From an uncultured Acidobacteriota bacterium (GTDB taxonomy: Bacteria; Acidobacteriota; Thermoanaerobaculia; Gp7-AA8; CAVUJZ01), in assembly GCA_963741905.1 (NCBI GenBank), contig CAVUJZ010000017.1:273626-337625 (forward strand): a DNA stretch of 64,000 nt. Direction: 5' to 3'. Below, in pieces: positions 17,508-28,518 of the stretch (its first letter is position 1; every line of letters begins with the position of its first letter). Made by a program: the position numbers and the translations under genes. The notes under the pieces are model-generated. The model was not told where the DNA came from. It made no database searches and saw only the letters and a list, made by a program, of their open reading frames with translations.

Positions 17508-19047
17508 TCAGCATGCCGCGGCGATCAGTTCCCGTAGTCGCTTCATATCCACCGGCTTGGTGAGGTGGTGGTCGAACCCGGCCTCCAGCGCCCGCTGCCG
17601 ATCCTCAGGCTGGCCGTATCCGGTGAGGGCGACCAGCACGATCTCGTCGCCGACGGCCTCTCGAATCCGGCGCGCGACCTCGTATCCGTCGATTCCTGGG
17701 AGGCCGATGTCCACGACGGCCAGGTTGGGGCGGTGCTCGATCGCTTCCTCGACCCCGCGAAGGCCATCCTCCGCGACGAACACCTCATGGCCGTGCCGCT
17801 CCAGCTTTTTCTGCAGGAGCAGGCGAATGTCCGGATTGTCCTCGACCACCAGGATTTCGTGCGGCAGTTCCGCTTCCTTCGGGTCTGCAGAATCAGCCTT
17901 CCCGGTTTCGGCAGGAGCCTCAGCCAGGGGGAGCCGGATGACGAACTCGCTCCCCTTGCCGTGCCCTTCGCTCGCCACCGAGACGGTGCCGCCATGGAGC
18001 TCGATGAGATTCCGGACCAGGGTCAGTCCGATTCCCATTCCGCCCTGGTGCACGTCGCGGCGCGTCCGCGCCTGAACGAACATGTCGAACACTCGGGGAA
18101 GGACGTCCGCGGCGATTCCGTCGCCGGTATCGCGAATGGTGACGATCGCGGAATCTCGATCCTGATCCACGCGGATGGTGAGGCTTCCGCCGCTCGGGGT
18201 GTACTTGATCGCATTCGAGACCAGATTGGTCACCACCTGCTCGATGCGCACCCGGTCGACCGAGGCGTAGACGGCTCCGGTGCCGGAATAGCAGCGCATC
18301 GTCAGACCAGCCTGACGTGCGGTGGGCCGAAGCTCCTCGGCGCAACGGCGAACCAGGTCGCTCACATCGACCGTCTTCTTCTGCAACTCGATCTTGCCCC
18401 GGGTGACCCGGGAGATGTCGAGCAGGTCGTCCACCAGCCGCTTCAACCGCTTCGATTGCCGCCGGATCACCGCCACTTTGTCGCGCAACTCTTCCGCTCC
18501 CAGCTCGTGACCATCCTCGGTGGCCAGCACGATTGCGTAGAGTGGATTGCGCAGTTCGTGGCCGAGCATCGCGAGGAACTGATCCCGCTCGTGAATCCGT
18601 TCCTGGAGGGCATCGAGCAGATCCCGGACCTCATACTGATGCTGCCGGGCCCTCAGGGCGGAGCGGGTCACGCTGACCAGAGTCTTGATTCGGATCGGCC
18701 GATCGATGATCGTCACGTTCGCCTTCGGACCGAGCCGCTCGAACGAACGGACCTGCAGGTCCACGCTCGGCTGTGCGGCAAAGACGAGGAACGGAAGCTC
18801 GGACCAGTTGGGTTGTTCCGCAACGACCTCGGAGATGGGCTCCACCGTATTCGGCAGGAGGGCCTCCTCGGTGATCAGCGCCGCGCCGGCGCCGCGCCGG
18901 ATCTCCGCCGACCAGAGCCTCCACGTCCTCACAGGATTCGCAGTCGAGTCCTGCCTCGGTCAACACGGTGCAGGCGAGCTCGCTGTCTCTTCCGGTTGGG
19001 GCGAGGATCAGGATCCGGTTGGAAAGGTCGGACGACTCACTGTTCAC
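17508..19047 (-). CDS. Hybrid histidine kinase: N-terminal receiver-like domain, HisKA, HATPase_c and a C-terminal receiver; frameshift near 18925
   Basis: H-box FLAMLGHELRNPL, N/G boxes ..VVTNLVSNAIKYTP.. and DTGDGI..GGMGIGL, and a C-terminal REC ILVVEDNPD..VVDIGLPGIDGYE..TKP. The N-terminal ILILAPTGRDSELACTVLTEAGL is in another frame. A GTG start at 19047 is preceded by GGAGGA and overlaps the end of the KaiC-like gene. Confidence 0.8.
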
Positions 19048-20628
19048 CCAGTCCTCCCACGTCCGGAATCTCCTTCTCCTGATAGACCGGTGCGCCACCG
19101 AGAACGTCCCGGAATTGTCCAAGAGGAGGCCCGACCCGCAGGCCTTCCGAGCTCATCTGGTATTCGCGAATGGTCCGTTCATGCCTGCCCGTCCGCTTCT
19201 TCACCACCGAGATGGACTTGCGAACCTCTCCATCCATCTCGAAATAGCGGAGAAGAATCACCGCATCGGCGAGATAGCTGACGTCGACGTCGGTGTTGGG
19301 CACCGTGCTGAGAAGCCCGTGCTGGGTCGAGATCAGAATGGTGGCGATATCCCTCTGACCGAGGTCGGTCAGGAGCTCGTGGAGCTGAGCGGTGAGGAAG
19401 TTCGCCTCCGGCATTGCATTGAGATACCCGTTGAGGCTGTCGATCACCAGAAGCCGGGTTTCGTTCTGACCGACATCGGTGCGAACCTGGTGCGCGAACT
19501 CTCCGGGCGTCAGCTCCGCGGGATCGACCTGTCGGAGACAGATCAGTTCGCGCTCGATTGCGTCGCGGACATCCATTCCGAGAGCCCGGGCTCGTTCCAG
19601 GAATGTGGATTCTGATTCGTCGAAGACGTAGACGATCGATCGCTCGCCACGCTTCTGCCGCCGCCAGAACGTACTGGGTGGCGAGTGCCGATTTCCCCGC
19701 ACCCGACGGCCCGGTGATGAGCGTGCTCGTCCGGGTATTCAGACCCCCGCCGAGCAGGTCGTCCACCTGCTTGATTCCGCTCGAGATCGTGCACATCGCC
19801 TGTTCCTCGCCGCGGCTTTCGGAGGCGACCAGCCGGGGATAGACGACCACTCCTCCGGTCTGGATGTCGAAGTCGTGATAGCCGCCGGAGTAGTTCACAC
19901 CGCGGATCTTCACCACTCGCAGCTTCCGCCGTTCTGCCCCATAGGTCGGGAGAGTTGTGGAACAGCTCGATCACTCCGCTCGGAACGCTCTGCATCTGGA
20001 TGTCGTCGGTGTAGGTCCGGTCGTCGAGCAGAATCACCGTCGTCTGATAGCCCGCGAGGTACTGTTTGAGCGCGAGGATCTGACGACGGTAGCGAAGGGG
20101 TGTCTGCGCCAGCAGCCGGATCTCCGAGAGGGAGTCGAGGACCAGCCGCTGAGGCCTGAGGTCGACGATCTGCTGGAGCAGAACCTTCATCGTTTCGGCC
20201 AGCTCGATCTCCGAAGGATGGAACAGGGTGTTCTCGTCCTCCGGCAGAAACGGACTCTTCGCCAGCGGAGGCTCGAAGATGGTCACCCCGTCGAGATCCC
20301 ATCCGTGGGAGACCGCCACCTGGCGGAGCTCCTCCGCGGATTCGGAGAGCGTGATGTAGAGACTCGTCTCGCCATGCCTGGCACCTTCCAGGAGAAACTG
20401 GAGCGCCATGGTCGTCTTGCCTGATCCGGGATCGCCCTGAATCAGATAGACGTAATTGCGGGGAAGCCCTCCGCCGGTAATCGCATCGAGGCCCGGAATT
20501 CCGGTCGGCAGTCGGTTACTGATTCGTTGATTGGATTTCACCCTCGGAGGCCGCTCGGGAGACGAGGACTCCGGGTCGTTTTCAGAACTGGTGATTTGAT
20601 TCGGTTCGTGTGTCATCGCACCCTCCAT
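19037..20628 (-). CDS. KaiC-like double RecA-domain ATPase; two frameshifts near 19935 and 19690
   Basis: Domain 1: TGIPGLDAITGGGLPRNYVYLIQGDPGSGKTTMALQF. Domain 2: SGIKQVDDLLGGGLNTRTSTLITGPSGAGKSALATQY. The segments YGAERRKLRVVKIRGVNYSGGYHDFDI and ISVVKKRTGRHERTIREY match the KaiC/RadA-like layout when the three reading frames are joined. Confidence 0.8.
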
Positions 20629-20752
20629 TTTGCAAATGGAAGGCCAGCTTTCCAGCTACGTAAAGGCTGGGATCAATGGGCTTATGGGGTACGGTTGAGC
20701 CCCCTCCCGAGCGGCGGAGGGTCGGGTGAAGGGCGGGCGCGACCCTCCCTCC

Positions 20753-23700
20753 CTATGGTTTCTGGTGGAGCTCCTGAAGGCTCAGAAGTGTGTGGACTCC
20801 CTCCTGCATCGCCCGGATTCCCTCGACCGCGGCGGTGGCCGCCGAGATCGTGGTGATGCAGGGGATGGAACGCTGCAGGGCGATCCGCCGGATGTAGGTG
20901 TCGTCGTACCAGGCGAACCGGCCCAGAGGTGTATTGATCACCAGATCGATCTCGTCGTTGATCATCCGGTCGGTGATGTTCGGCCGTCCTTCGTGAACCT
21001 TGAGGACCAGCTCCGCCTCGACGCCGTGATCTTCCAGGTACTGACGCGTCCCGGTGGTGGCCACCAGATGAAAGCCGAGCTCGTGAAGCTCCTTCGCCAG
21101 CGGAACGATTGATCTCTTGTCTTCCTGGTTGACGGAGATGAATGCGGTTCCGGTGCGAGGAAGAGCCTGGCCCGCGCCAAGAAGCGCCTTGACGTAGGCT
21201 TCGCCGAAGGAAGACGAACTGCCCATCACTTCGCCGGTCGACTTCATCTCCGGGCCGAGAACGGTGTCTTCGCGCGGGAACCGGGAGAAGGGGAAGACCG
21301 GAGCCTTGACGAAGTAATGATCAAGCTTCGGTTCGGCGGTCAGCCCGATCTGGTCGAGCGTCTCGCCAGCCATGACCCGCGCCGCGATCTTCGCAAAGGG
21401 AACGCCGGTCGCCTTCGAGACGTACGGAACTGTTCGGGATGCGCGGGGATTGACCTCGAGCACATAGATCTCACCCTGATGGATGGCGAACTGGATGTTC
21501 ATCAGTCCGACCACCTTCAGCAGCTTCGCGAGCTCGACCGTCCTTCGCCGGATCCGATCGAGATCCCGTGGTGAGAGCGCCCAGGCAGGAACCACCGTGG
21601 TGGAATCGCCGGAGTGGATTCCGGCCTCCTCGATGTGCTGCATGATGCCACCGATCACCACCCGGTTGCCGTCGGAGAGCGCATCGACGTCGATCTCGAA
21701 TGCATTCTCGAGAAACCGGTCGAGCAGAATGGGATGCTCGGGCGAGGCTTCCGCGGCCTCACGGGTGTAGCGCTCCAGAGCGGATTCGTCGTAGACCACC
21801 GCCATGGCCCGGCCTCCGAGAACGTAGGAGGGACGGACCACCAGCGGATATCCGATCCGCCCGGCGATCTCCAGCGCCTGCTCTTCCGAGCTTGCACTTC
21901 CATTCTCCGGAACCGGGATCCCCGCCTTCTCCAGCAGGTCCCCGAACCGCTCCCGGTCTTCGGCGAGGTCGATCGATTCGGTGGAAGTCCCCCAGAGCGG
22001 GACCCCGGCGGCAGCGAGGGCTCCGGCCAGTTTGAGGGGGGTCTGCCCTCCGAACTGGAGGATCACCCCGGCGGGTTTTTCCAGATCGATGACCTCCAGA
22101 ACGTCCTCGAGGGTGAGGGGCTCGAAGTAGAGCCGATCCGAGGTGTCGTAGTCGGTCGAGACCGTCTCGGGATTGCAGTTGATCATGATCGTTTCGAGGC
22201 CCTGCTCGCGGAGCGCGAACGAAGCATGCACGCAACAGGAGTCGAACTCGATCCCCTGGCCGATTCGATTCGGTCCGGAGCCGAGAATCACCACCTTGCG
22301 GCGATCGGTGGGATTCGATTCGTTCTCCGTTTCCCAGGTCGAATAGAGATAAGGAGTGCTCGCCTCGAACTCGGCCGCGCAGGTGTCGACGCGCTTGTAG
22401 ACGGGGCGCAGACCGAGGCGATGCCGCAGTTCCCGCACCGCGGTTTCACTCTGTCCCGTGAGTCGCGCCATCTGCCGGTCGGAGAATCCCAGCCGCTTCC
22501 ATCGCCTCAGGTCCCCGCGAAGGTGATCGTCCCCGGAGGCGAAGCGCTCGGCAGCGGCGACGATCTCCCGCTCCGCCGCGATGATCCGCTCCATCTGCTG
22601 GAGAAACCAGGGATCGATCCAGCTGGTCTGATAGATCTCGTCGCGGCTGATGCCGGCTCGCATCGCATCCGCCACGGCGTAGATCCGGGTGGGTGTCGCG
22701 GTGCGCATCAGGTCCACCAGACGCTGGCGATCGGCGCCCGCAAACTGGCTCTGCAGCCCGTCGACGCCGGTCTCGAGAGAGCGGAGCCCCTTCTGCAGCG
22801 CCTCGTTGAAGGTTCGTCCGATTGCCATGACCTCGCCGACCGATTGCATCGACAGGCCGAGGTTGGGCGGGGTGTTGGGGAACTTCTCGAATGCGAAGCG
22901 GGGGATCTTGACCACCACGTAGTCGATGACCGGCTCGAACGACGCGGGAGTCTTCCGGGTGATGTCGTTGGGGATCTCGTCGAGGGTGTAGCCGACGGCG
23001 AGTTTCGCGGCGAATTTCGCGATGGGGAACCCGGTGGCCTTGGATGCGAGGGCCGAGGATCGGGAGACCCGCGGATTCATCTCGATGACGACCCGCTGGC
23101 CATCTTTCGGATTGACGGCGAACTGGATGTTCGAGCCGCCGGTCTCGACTCCGATGGCGCGGATGATCGTCTTGGCGTCATCCCGCATCGCCTGGTACTC
23201 CTCGTTCGACAGGGTCATCTGAGGAGCCACGGTGATCGAGTCGCCGGTGTGAACCCCCATCGGATCGAAGTTCTCGATCGAGCAGACGATGATCACGTTG
23301 TCGGCATGATCCCGCATCACCTCCAGCTCGAACTCCTTCCAACCCAGAACCGACTCTTCGATCAGCACGCTGTGGACCGGGGAAAGCTGCAGGCCGCGGC
23401 TGACGATCTCCCGGAATTCTTCGACGTTGTAGGCGATCCCGCCGCCCGTGCCGCCGAGGGTGAAGGAGGGGCGGATGACGATGGGATAACCGATGTCGAT
23501 CGCCAGGGCGAGCGCCTCGTCGAGGGTGGTGGCGTAGCCCGAGCGCGGGACGGCGATGCCGGCTCGGGTCATCGCCTCCTTGAACAACTGCCGGTCTTCG
23601 GCGGTCTTGATCGCTTCGTAGCTCGCGCCGATCAGCTCGACCCCGTGCTCGGCGAGCACCCCGGCCTCGTGCAGCCCGATGGCGAGGTTCATTCCGGTCT

Positions 23701-23977
23701 GCCCGCCGACGGTGGGGAGGATGGCGTCCGGTTTCTCGCGCGCGATGATCTCCGCCACGACCGGAACCGTCAGTGGCTCAATGTAGGTGCGATCCGCGAA
23801 TTCCGGATCGGTCATGATCGTGGCGGGATTGGAATTGACCAGAATGATCCGGTAGCCCTCGTCCCGGAGAGCCTTGCAGGCCTGCGTACCCGAGTAGTCG
23901 AATTCACAGGCTTGTCCGATGACGATGGGGCCGGATCCGATGACCAGGATCGAGGAGATATCGGTGCGCTTTGGCAT
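20753..23977 (-). CDS. carB: Carbamoyl-phosphate synthase large subunit
   Basis: 1074 aa from [42 protein letters not shown]. It has duplicated ATP-grasp halves and an MGS-like C-terminus. The longer ORF in the track only adds translation of the heptamer repeat. Confidence 0.95.
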   Translation of the reverse strand: MPKRTDISSILVIGSGPIVIGQACEFDYSGTQACKALRDEGYRIILVNSNPATIMTDPEFADRTYIEPLTVPVVAEIIAREKPDAILPTVGGQTGMNLAIGLHEAGVLAEHGVELIGASYEAIKTAEDRQLFKEAMTRAGIAVPRSGYATTLDEALALAIDIGYPIVIRPSFTLGGTGGGIAYNVEEFREIVSRGLQLSPVHSVLIEESVLGWKEFELEVMRDHADNVIIVCSIENFDPMGVHTGDSITVAPQMTLSNEEYQAMRDDAKTIIRAIGVETGGSNIQFAVNPKDGQRVVIEMNPRVSRSSALASKATGFPIAKFAAKLAVGYTLDEIPNDITRKTPASFEPVIDYVVVKIPRFAFEKFPNTPPNLGLSMQSVGEVMAIGRTFNEALQKGLRSLETGVDGLQSQFAGADRQRLVDLMRTATPTRIYAVADAMRAGISRDEIYQTSWIDPWFLQQMERIIAAEREIVAAAERFASGDDHLRGDLRRWKRLGFSDRQMARLTGQSETAVRELRHRLGLRPVYKRVDTCAAEFEASTPYLYSTWETENESNPTDRRKVVILGSGPNRIGQGIEFDSCCVHASFALREQGLETIMINCNPETVSTDYDTSDRLYFEPLTLEDVLEVIDLEKPAGVILQFGGQTPLKLAGALAAAGVPLWGTSTESIDLAEDRERFGDLLEKAGIPVPENGSASSEEQALEIAGRIGYPLVVRPSYVLGGRAMAVVYDESALERYTREAAEASPEHPILLDRFLENAFEIDVDALSDGNRVVIGGIMQHIEEAGIHSGDSTTVVPAWALSPRDLDRIRRRTVELAKLLKVVGLMNIQFAIHQGEIYVLEVNPRASRTVPYVSKATGVPFAKIAARVMAGETLDQIGLTAEPKLDHYFVKAPVFPFSRFPREDTVLGPEMKSTGEVMGSSSSFGEAYVKALLGAGQALPRTGTAFISVNQEDKRSIVPLAKELHELGFHLVATTGTRQYLEDHGVEAELVLKVHEGRPNITDRMINDEIDLVINTPLGRFAWYDDTYIRRIALQRSIPCITTISAATAAVEGIRAMQEGVHTLLSLQELHQKP

Positions 23978-24004
23978 CGAAGACAGGATGGTACCGCATT
24001 CGGA

Positions 24005-24225
24005 GGCGAGAGGCGAGAGGCGAGAGGTGAGAGGTGAGAGGTGAGAGGTGAGAGGTGAGAGGTGAGAGGTGAGAGGTGGAGAGGTGAGAGGTGAGAGGTG
24101 AGAGGTGGAGAGGTGAGAGGTGAGAGGTGAGAGGTGAGAGGTGAGAGGTGGAGAGGTGAGACGGTGAGAGGTGAGAGGTGAGACGGTGAGAGGTGAGAGG
24201 TGAGAGGTGAGACGGTGACGGTGGG
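24005..24225. repeat. Heptanucleotide tandem repeat (GAGAGGT/GAGAGGC), about 31 units with interspersed 8-mers
   Basis: The tract reads (CGAGAGG)x3, (TGAGAGG)x7, TG, GAGAGG, (TGAGAGG)x3, TG, GAGAGG, (TGAGAGG)x5, TG, GAGAGG, TGAGACGG and so on. It ends 28 nt upstream of the carB ATG. On the carB sense strand it reads (ACCTCTC)n. Confidence 0.95.
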
Positions 24226-24475
24226 AGGCACCTTTGGTGGGGGTTGGGCCTCTGGCCCGATCCCCGGGCGGCCTCCGGCCCCCGAGGGCGCGCTCCACAG
24301 GCGACCCGGGTTCACTCTGGGCGTCCCACTCTTATCCGAAGTGAGACGGTGAGCGAATCGAGACGGTGGTCATCGTTTCGAGCGGCGGGGCGACCCGGGC
24401 AAGTGAGGCATCTTGTCCGATCCCGGTTTGGACCTCCGGTCTCCGGTCACCCTATCTGCGGTATGCTCTCGGCCG

Positions 24476-24949
24476 ATGGACCCTTTGATCGAGTGGGATG
24501 AGCTGCACCTTCGCGTGCGGGCCGAGCGGGTGATCGGCATTGCCCGGGAGGTGATCCGGCAGCAGAAGCTTCCGGTGGAAGATCTGCGAATGGACTTCCG
24601 GGAAGGAATCCTGCAGGTGGAAGGGAGAGTGCGAAAGGTGCTTGCGGTACCGTTTCGCGTGGTGATCCGGCGGATCATCGCCGAGGGTTCGGTGGTACGG
24701 GTTCCGATCGAGACGATGAGCGCGATGGGATTCCCTCTGCCGGCCCTTCTGGCGCGGCTGATTCCGCCCGATCTGTACGAACGAAAAGTCTTTCTCGATC
24801 CGGGGCCGACCGTGGTGATTCACATCGACCAGCTTCTGCCGCCGTTCATGAATGTCGCGCTGAGGGAGATCCGGATCATCGACGGAGGTCTGGCGGTGGT
24901 CACCGGGGCGGGAGCCGCGGACCTGCCGGAGCCTGGAGGCATGGGATGA
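24476..24949 (+). CDS. Hypothetical protein
   Basis: 157 aa from MDPLIEWDELHLRV. Codon usage looks consistent with neighbouring genes, and the stop overlaps the next ATG (ATGA). I recognise no family. Confidence 0.45.
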   Translation: MDPLIEWDELHLRVRAERVIGIAREVIRQQKLPVEDLRMDFREGILQVEGRVRKVLAVPFRVVIRRIIAEGSVVRVPIETMSAMGFPLPALLARLIPPDLYERKVFLDPGPTVVIHIDQLLPPFMNVALREIRIIDGGLAVVTGAGAADLPEPGGMG

Positions 24950-25497
24950 TCGACAAGCGCGGGAACGGAAACGAAGATGCGCCGATGGAAGAGCAGCTCA
25001 CCGAGAGCCTCGAGCTGAGCGCCGGGATCGAACCGACTCAACTGCGGGTCGAGATGAATGAAGCGCGGGCGCAGCGGTTCTATGACCGCGTCCGTGCTTC
25101 CATCGTCAAGTACGTCGAAGCGCGCGGGCTGAGCCTCGGGCGGACCCGCGAATATCTGCTCCTCGTCCCGGACGTCTTCATTCTGCTGTTCCGTCTGTCG
25201 GTCGATGCGCGGGTCTCCCGCAAGAACAAGGCGCTCCTGGCGAGCGGAATCGCCTACTTCATCTTTCCTCTGGACTTCGTTCCCGAGATCATCGTCGGTC
25301 CGATCGGATTCCTGGACGATCTGGTCTTCGGGGTCTTCGTCCTCAACCGGGTCCTCGCGGAGACGGATGCCGACATTCTGCGGGAGCACTGGAGCGGCGA
25401 GGGGGATGTCCTCGAGATGATCCGCAACGTTCTCGGAGCCGCCGACGGACTGGTCGCCTCGAAGTTCGTCCGGAGAATCAAGAAACTGTTCGATTGA
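24946..25497 (+). CDS. DUF1232 / YkvA-family membrane protein
   Basis: The core LASGIAYFIFPLDFVPEIIVGPIGFLDDLVFGVFVLNRVL is characteristic of DUF1232. Confidence 0.7.
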   Translation: MIDKRGNGNEDAPMEEQLTESLELSAGIEPTQLRVEMNEARAQRFYDRVRASIVKYVEARGLSLGRTREYLLLVPDVFILLFRLSVDARVSRKNKALLASGIAYFIFPLDFVPEIIVGPIGFLDDLVFGVFVLNRVLAETDADILREHWSGEGDVLEMIRNVLGAADGLVASKFVRRIKKLFD

Positions 25498-25818
25498 TCG
25501 CGGCGCTGGAGCGAGCCTGCTTCCGCCCCGGGAAGACTTCGCCCCGGCGAAACCGAGAGCCTCATCCCGTTCTCATGGCGTGGACGAGCCTGTCTGTACG
25601 GGTGCATTCTTTTCGAGAAGATTCCCGGTGACAGATAGGGAAACCCGCACCAGGGTCACTCTTCTCTGTTGAAGCTTCTCCGGACCGAGTGACTCGGATG
25701 ATCAGGGAACGCAGTCCTGCTGGCGAGACAGCAATCGGGTCGCTTACTGCGAGGCGCCTTGTTCGGGCACGACATGTTACCGCGTCTGAGGTGCTGAGGG
25801 ACAAGGGTGAGCGATACG

Positions 25819-27011
25819 ATGAAGAAGCAGACCGGTGTGGCACCGGCGATTCTGATGGTTCTGATCTTCCTCGGGTTCGGTTCACCGGGGATCGCCGGGG
25901 CCGTATCGGTCACGGATGAGCCGGAGCCGGAATCCTGTCTCATCGCCACGCTGGACTTGCCGGAAGGCATGACTCCCCCCGCGATGCTCGCGGTGAGGCT
26001 GCATCAGCGCGACGTCAATGCCGACGATTCAAGGATCGAGTGTCCGGTCGTCGGCAGGACACTCGACTGTTCGATCCCGACCGGGCTGTTCGACGTCGAA
26101 CTGAGCGGGGATGCTCTCGCACCCCGGTACTTCTGGGACCTCGCGGTCGCTCCCGCTGGTTCGACCGATCTCGGTACCCTTCGGTTCGCGCCGGGCGCCG
26201 AGGTGAGCGGAGCGGTCGAAACAGGGGAGGGGGGCTCGACGATCTGGAAGTGGTTCTCATCCCGCAGAGCACATATCTGTCCGCGGGTGAGGAAACGCGA
26301 AATCAATTCATGGTTCAACGTGCGGGTGTGGACGTACACGGCCGGTACCTCTTCACCGGTGTCGGCGCCGGAATCTACGACGTCGTCGCCAGCATGCCCG
26401 GCTATTCTCCCGCCCGTGAGCAGAATGTGAGAGTCGATCCCCCCGACCCCGTTCTCATCAAAGAATCGCTCGTCCTCGCCCCACTTGGACGGCTGGAAGT
26501 CTTCATCCATCCTCCCGTCGACCCAGCCGGGAAACCGTGGCAACTGTCGCTCCTCCGGCCCCTCCCGCTGTCGACCTATGATGAGACGGTGGATATCCGG
26601 TCCGTGTCGCCGGCCGGTTCGCTTCGTCTGGACGACCTGCAGGCCGGGAGCTACGGAATCAGGCTCCAGACGCACGACGGAAGAGTGGTCCATCGCCAGA
26701 AGATCGGGGTGGACGGGGCGACCAGACTCTCGATTCATGTCGAGTCGGTGATCCTCGACGGAACGGTCGTTCAGGGAGACGAGCCGGTCGCGGGGACGGT
26801 GATTCTCATCGCCGACGACGGAACCCGCTTCACCTTTCGTGCGAATGATGATGGCATGTTTCACGGGGTACTTCCTCGCGAGGGAGAGTTTCGGGTAGGC
26901 GTACGCCTGCGCGGAGAGGGACGCGGAACGGTGAATCTCGACAAGCAGATGGAGATCGAGGGGGCGCGGACGGACATGCGAGTCCTCGGATCGAGCTTCC
27001 GGACGGAGTGA
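25819..27011 (+). CDS. Secreted protein with carboxypeptidase-regulatory-like (Ig-like) repeats; frameshift in a G-run near 26230
   Basis: Signal peptide MKKQTGVAPAILMVLIFLGFGSPGIAGA. Repeats resemble ..GRYLFTGVGAGIYDVVASMPGY.. and ..LDGTVVQGDEPVAGTVILIADDG. Two frames join at GAVETGEGG/LDDLEVVLIP. Confidence 0.55.
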
Positions 27012-27817
27012 TTCGAGGGCGGGTGGTCGGTGTCGACGGCGTCGCGGTCAGCGCATCGGTGATGTTGTTTCGAGGGGCAGACATGGTGGCGTCGACCGCG
27101 GCGTTCGGAGAAGACGGGTTCGAGATCGAGGCCCTGGCGGATGGCGCGTACACGATTCAGGCGATGGCCCGCGAGGGCGAGAGCGACCGGGTGCCGGTCG
27201 AGCTGAGTCAGGGACGCTCGAGATCCGTCACGCTGACCATTCGATCCCGCGTCTCCGTGGAGGGACGGGTGGTGACCTCCGACGGACGACCGGTTGCCGG
27301 TGCGGTGATCCGCTATGGAGAATCGCCGGAGACATTCCGGGAGACGCTGGCCGGAATCGACGGCGACTTTCAATTCTCGGTGCGGCCCGGAACGATCGCG
27401 ATCGCGGTCCTCGTGCCCGGACTCCCCATTCATCTCGGCACCCGGCAGATCCGTTCCGAGGGGGATGAGCCGCCCCTCATCCTGACGATGGCGGACGCGG
27501 AGGCGTCGCTTCATCTGCTCCTTGGACCGTCGCCTCCGTGGCCCCTGGTCAGCCGGGACGGTGTCAGCTTCTTTCCCGTTCCGACGCTCTTTCTTCCGCG
27601 TGGAGCCGCCCCGCCTCGAGAGCTCGATTCCCGGGGAGGATACCGGCTCGTCGTCGAGCCAGGGCTCTACCTGGTCTGCCCTTTCCCATCCATGTCAGGC
27701 GACTGTCTCCGTGCCTCGCTCGGGCCGGGATCCGAGGTAACGGTCTCCACGGGTGCGTTCTACGAGGACCGGTCACCTTCCACGGGAGATTCGCAATCAA
27801 AGGAGAAGACGCCATGA
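27008..27817 (+). CDS. Carboxypeptidase-regulatory-like repeat protein; a continuation of, or coupled to, the preceding gene
   Basis: IRGRVVGVDGVAVSASVMLF.. and VEGRVVTSDGRPVAGAVIRY.. are CarboxypepD_reg-like starts. There is a GTGA overlap with the upstream stop and an ATGA overlap with the downstream start. Confidence 0.5.
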   Translation: MIRGRVVGVDGVAVSASVMLFRGADMVASTAAFGEDGFEIEALADGAYTIQAMAREGESDRVPVELSQGRSRSVTLTIRSRVSVEGRVVTSDGRPVAGAVIRYGESPETFRETLAGIDGDFQFSVRPGTIAIAVLVPGLPIHLGTRQIRSEGDEPPLILTMADAEASLHLLLGPSPPWPLVSRDGVSFFPVPTLFLPRGAAPPRELDSRGGYRLVVEPGLYLVCPFPSMSGDCLRASLGPGSEVTVSTGAFYEDRSPSTGDSQSKEKTP

Positions 27818-28317
27818 AACGCATCACTCGATTCGAACCCCGACGCGCGACTGTTCTCCTCACCGTGGTGTTGAGTCTGATCAGCTCGCTGGGCTGGGCC
27901 TCCGATCCGCCAGCTTCCGGTGATGCAGTTCCCGATCGGCCGGCATCCTTCGGATTCGTCTGCAGCCTGGAGAAGGGCTCAGGCGAGGATTCCGCCCAAA
28001 GGTGGCTGCTGGTTCGCGAGATCGTTCCCGGCGGTCCGGCGGACCAGGCTGGCCTGAAGCCCGGTGATCGGATCATCGGCATCGAAGGCGAGCCGGTTCG
28101 TTTCCGGAGTGGTGTGGAACTGCTCGAAGGGCTTGCGGCGAATCCGCCCGGCCGGGAGGTGCGTTTCGAAGTGCTTCGTGACGACGCCCGTCTCGACCTG
28201 ATCATCGTTCCCGACGAAATGTCGGAGGTGCAGGCGGAACGCTGGAAAGCGATTCTCGAGAAGGTCCGCGCCGACGAGAAGAAGCCGCGCTCGGTGGAAA
28301 AGAAGTCGTTGAGATGA
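27814..28317 (+). CDS. Secreted PDZ-domain protein
   Basis: AAGGAG lies upstream of the ATG. There is a signal peptide (..LLTVVLSLISSLGWA). The PDZ core reads LLVREIVPGGPADQAGLKPGDRIIGIEGEPV. Confidence 0.7.
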   Translation: MKRITRFEPRRATVLLTVVLSLISSLGWASDPPASGDAVPDRPASFGFVCSLEKGSGEDSAQRWLLVREIVPGGPADQAGLKPGDRIIGIEGEPVRFRSGVELLEGLAANPPGREVRFEVLRDDARLDLIIVPDEMSEVQAERWKAILEKVRADEKKPRSVEKKSLR

Positions 28318-28518
28318 CTCGGTCGAGCGCTCGGACGTTCGGCGGGGGCGGTCGGTATGTCATGGTTCGATCGTTTTCATTGAGCTGTATCGTCTCGTGC
28401 TGATCTCAGCGCTGCGAGGACGCGGCGTCCCGAGGTGTTCGCTCATCGCGGGTGGGACGATGGCCGAACATCGGAATGTTCGCCCACAGGCGTCGTGGTG
28501 ACGGCGTAGAATTGGGGC

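Noticed and set aside
21614-24037. Long antisense shadow ORFs. This one is 807 aa. Others are 300-1796(-), 9182-10564(+), 10951-12186(+), 17565-19082(+), 33353-34828(-), 34834-36252(-), 36225-37856(-), 42719-44077(-), 44074-45285(-), 44969-46168(-), 47659-49485(-) and 56083-57285(+).
   Set aside because: Each lies opposite a gene with unambiguous conserved motifs. Their products are Arg/Gly/Pro/Asp-rich low-complexity strings, typical of the antisense frames of high-GC genes.
24005-24225. PyrR-type binding sites (GAGAGG core) regulating carB
   Set aside because: The GAGAGG motif is on the strand antisense to carB, and the full PyrR loop consensus is not present. I kept only the generic repeat/rheostat hypothesis.
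23978-24298. N-terminal extension of carB with SHLSPLT repeats
   Set aside because: It is simply the heptanucleotide tract translated. The canonical CarB N-terminus [22 protein letters not shown] starts at 23977.
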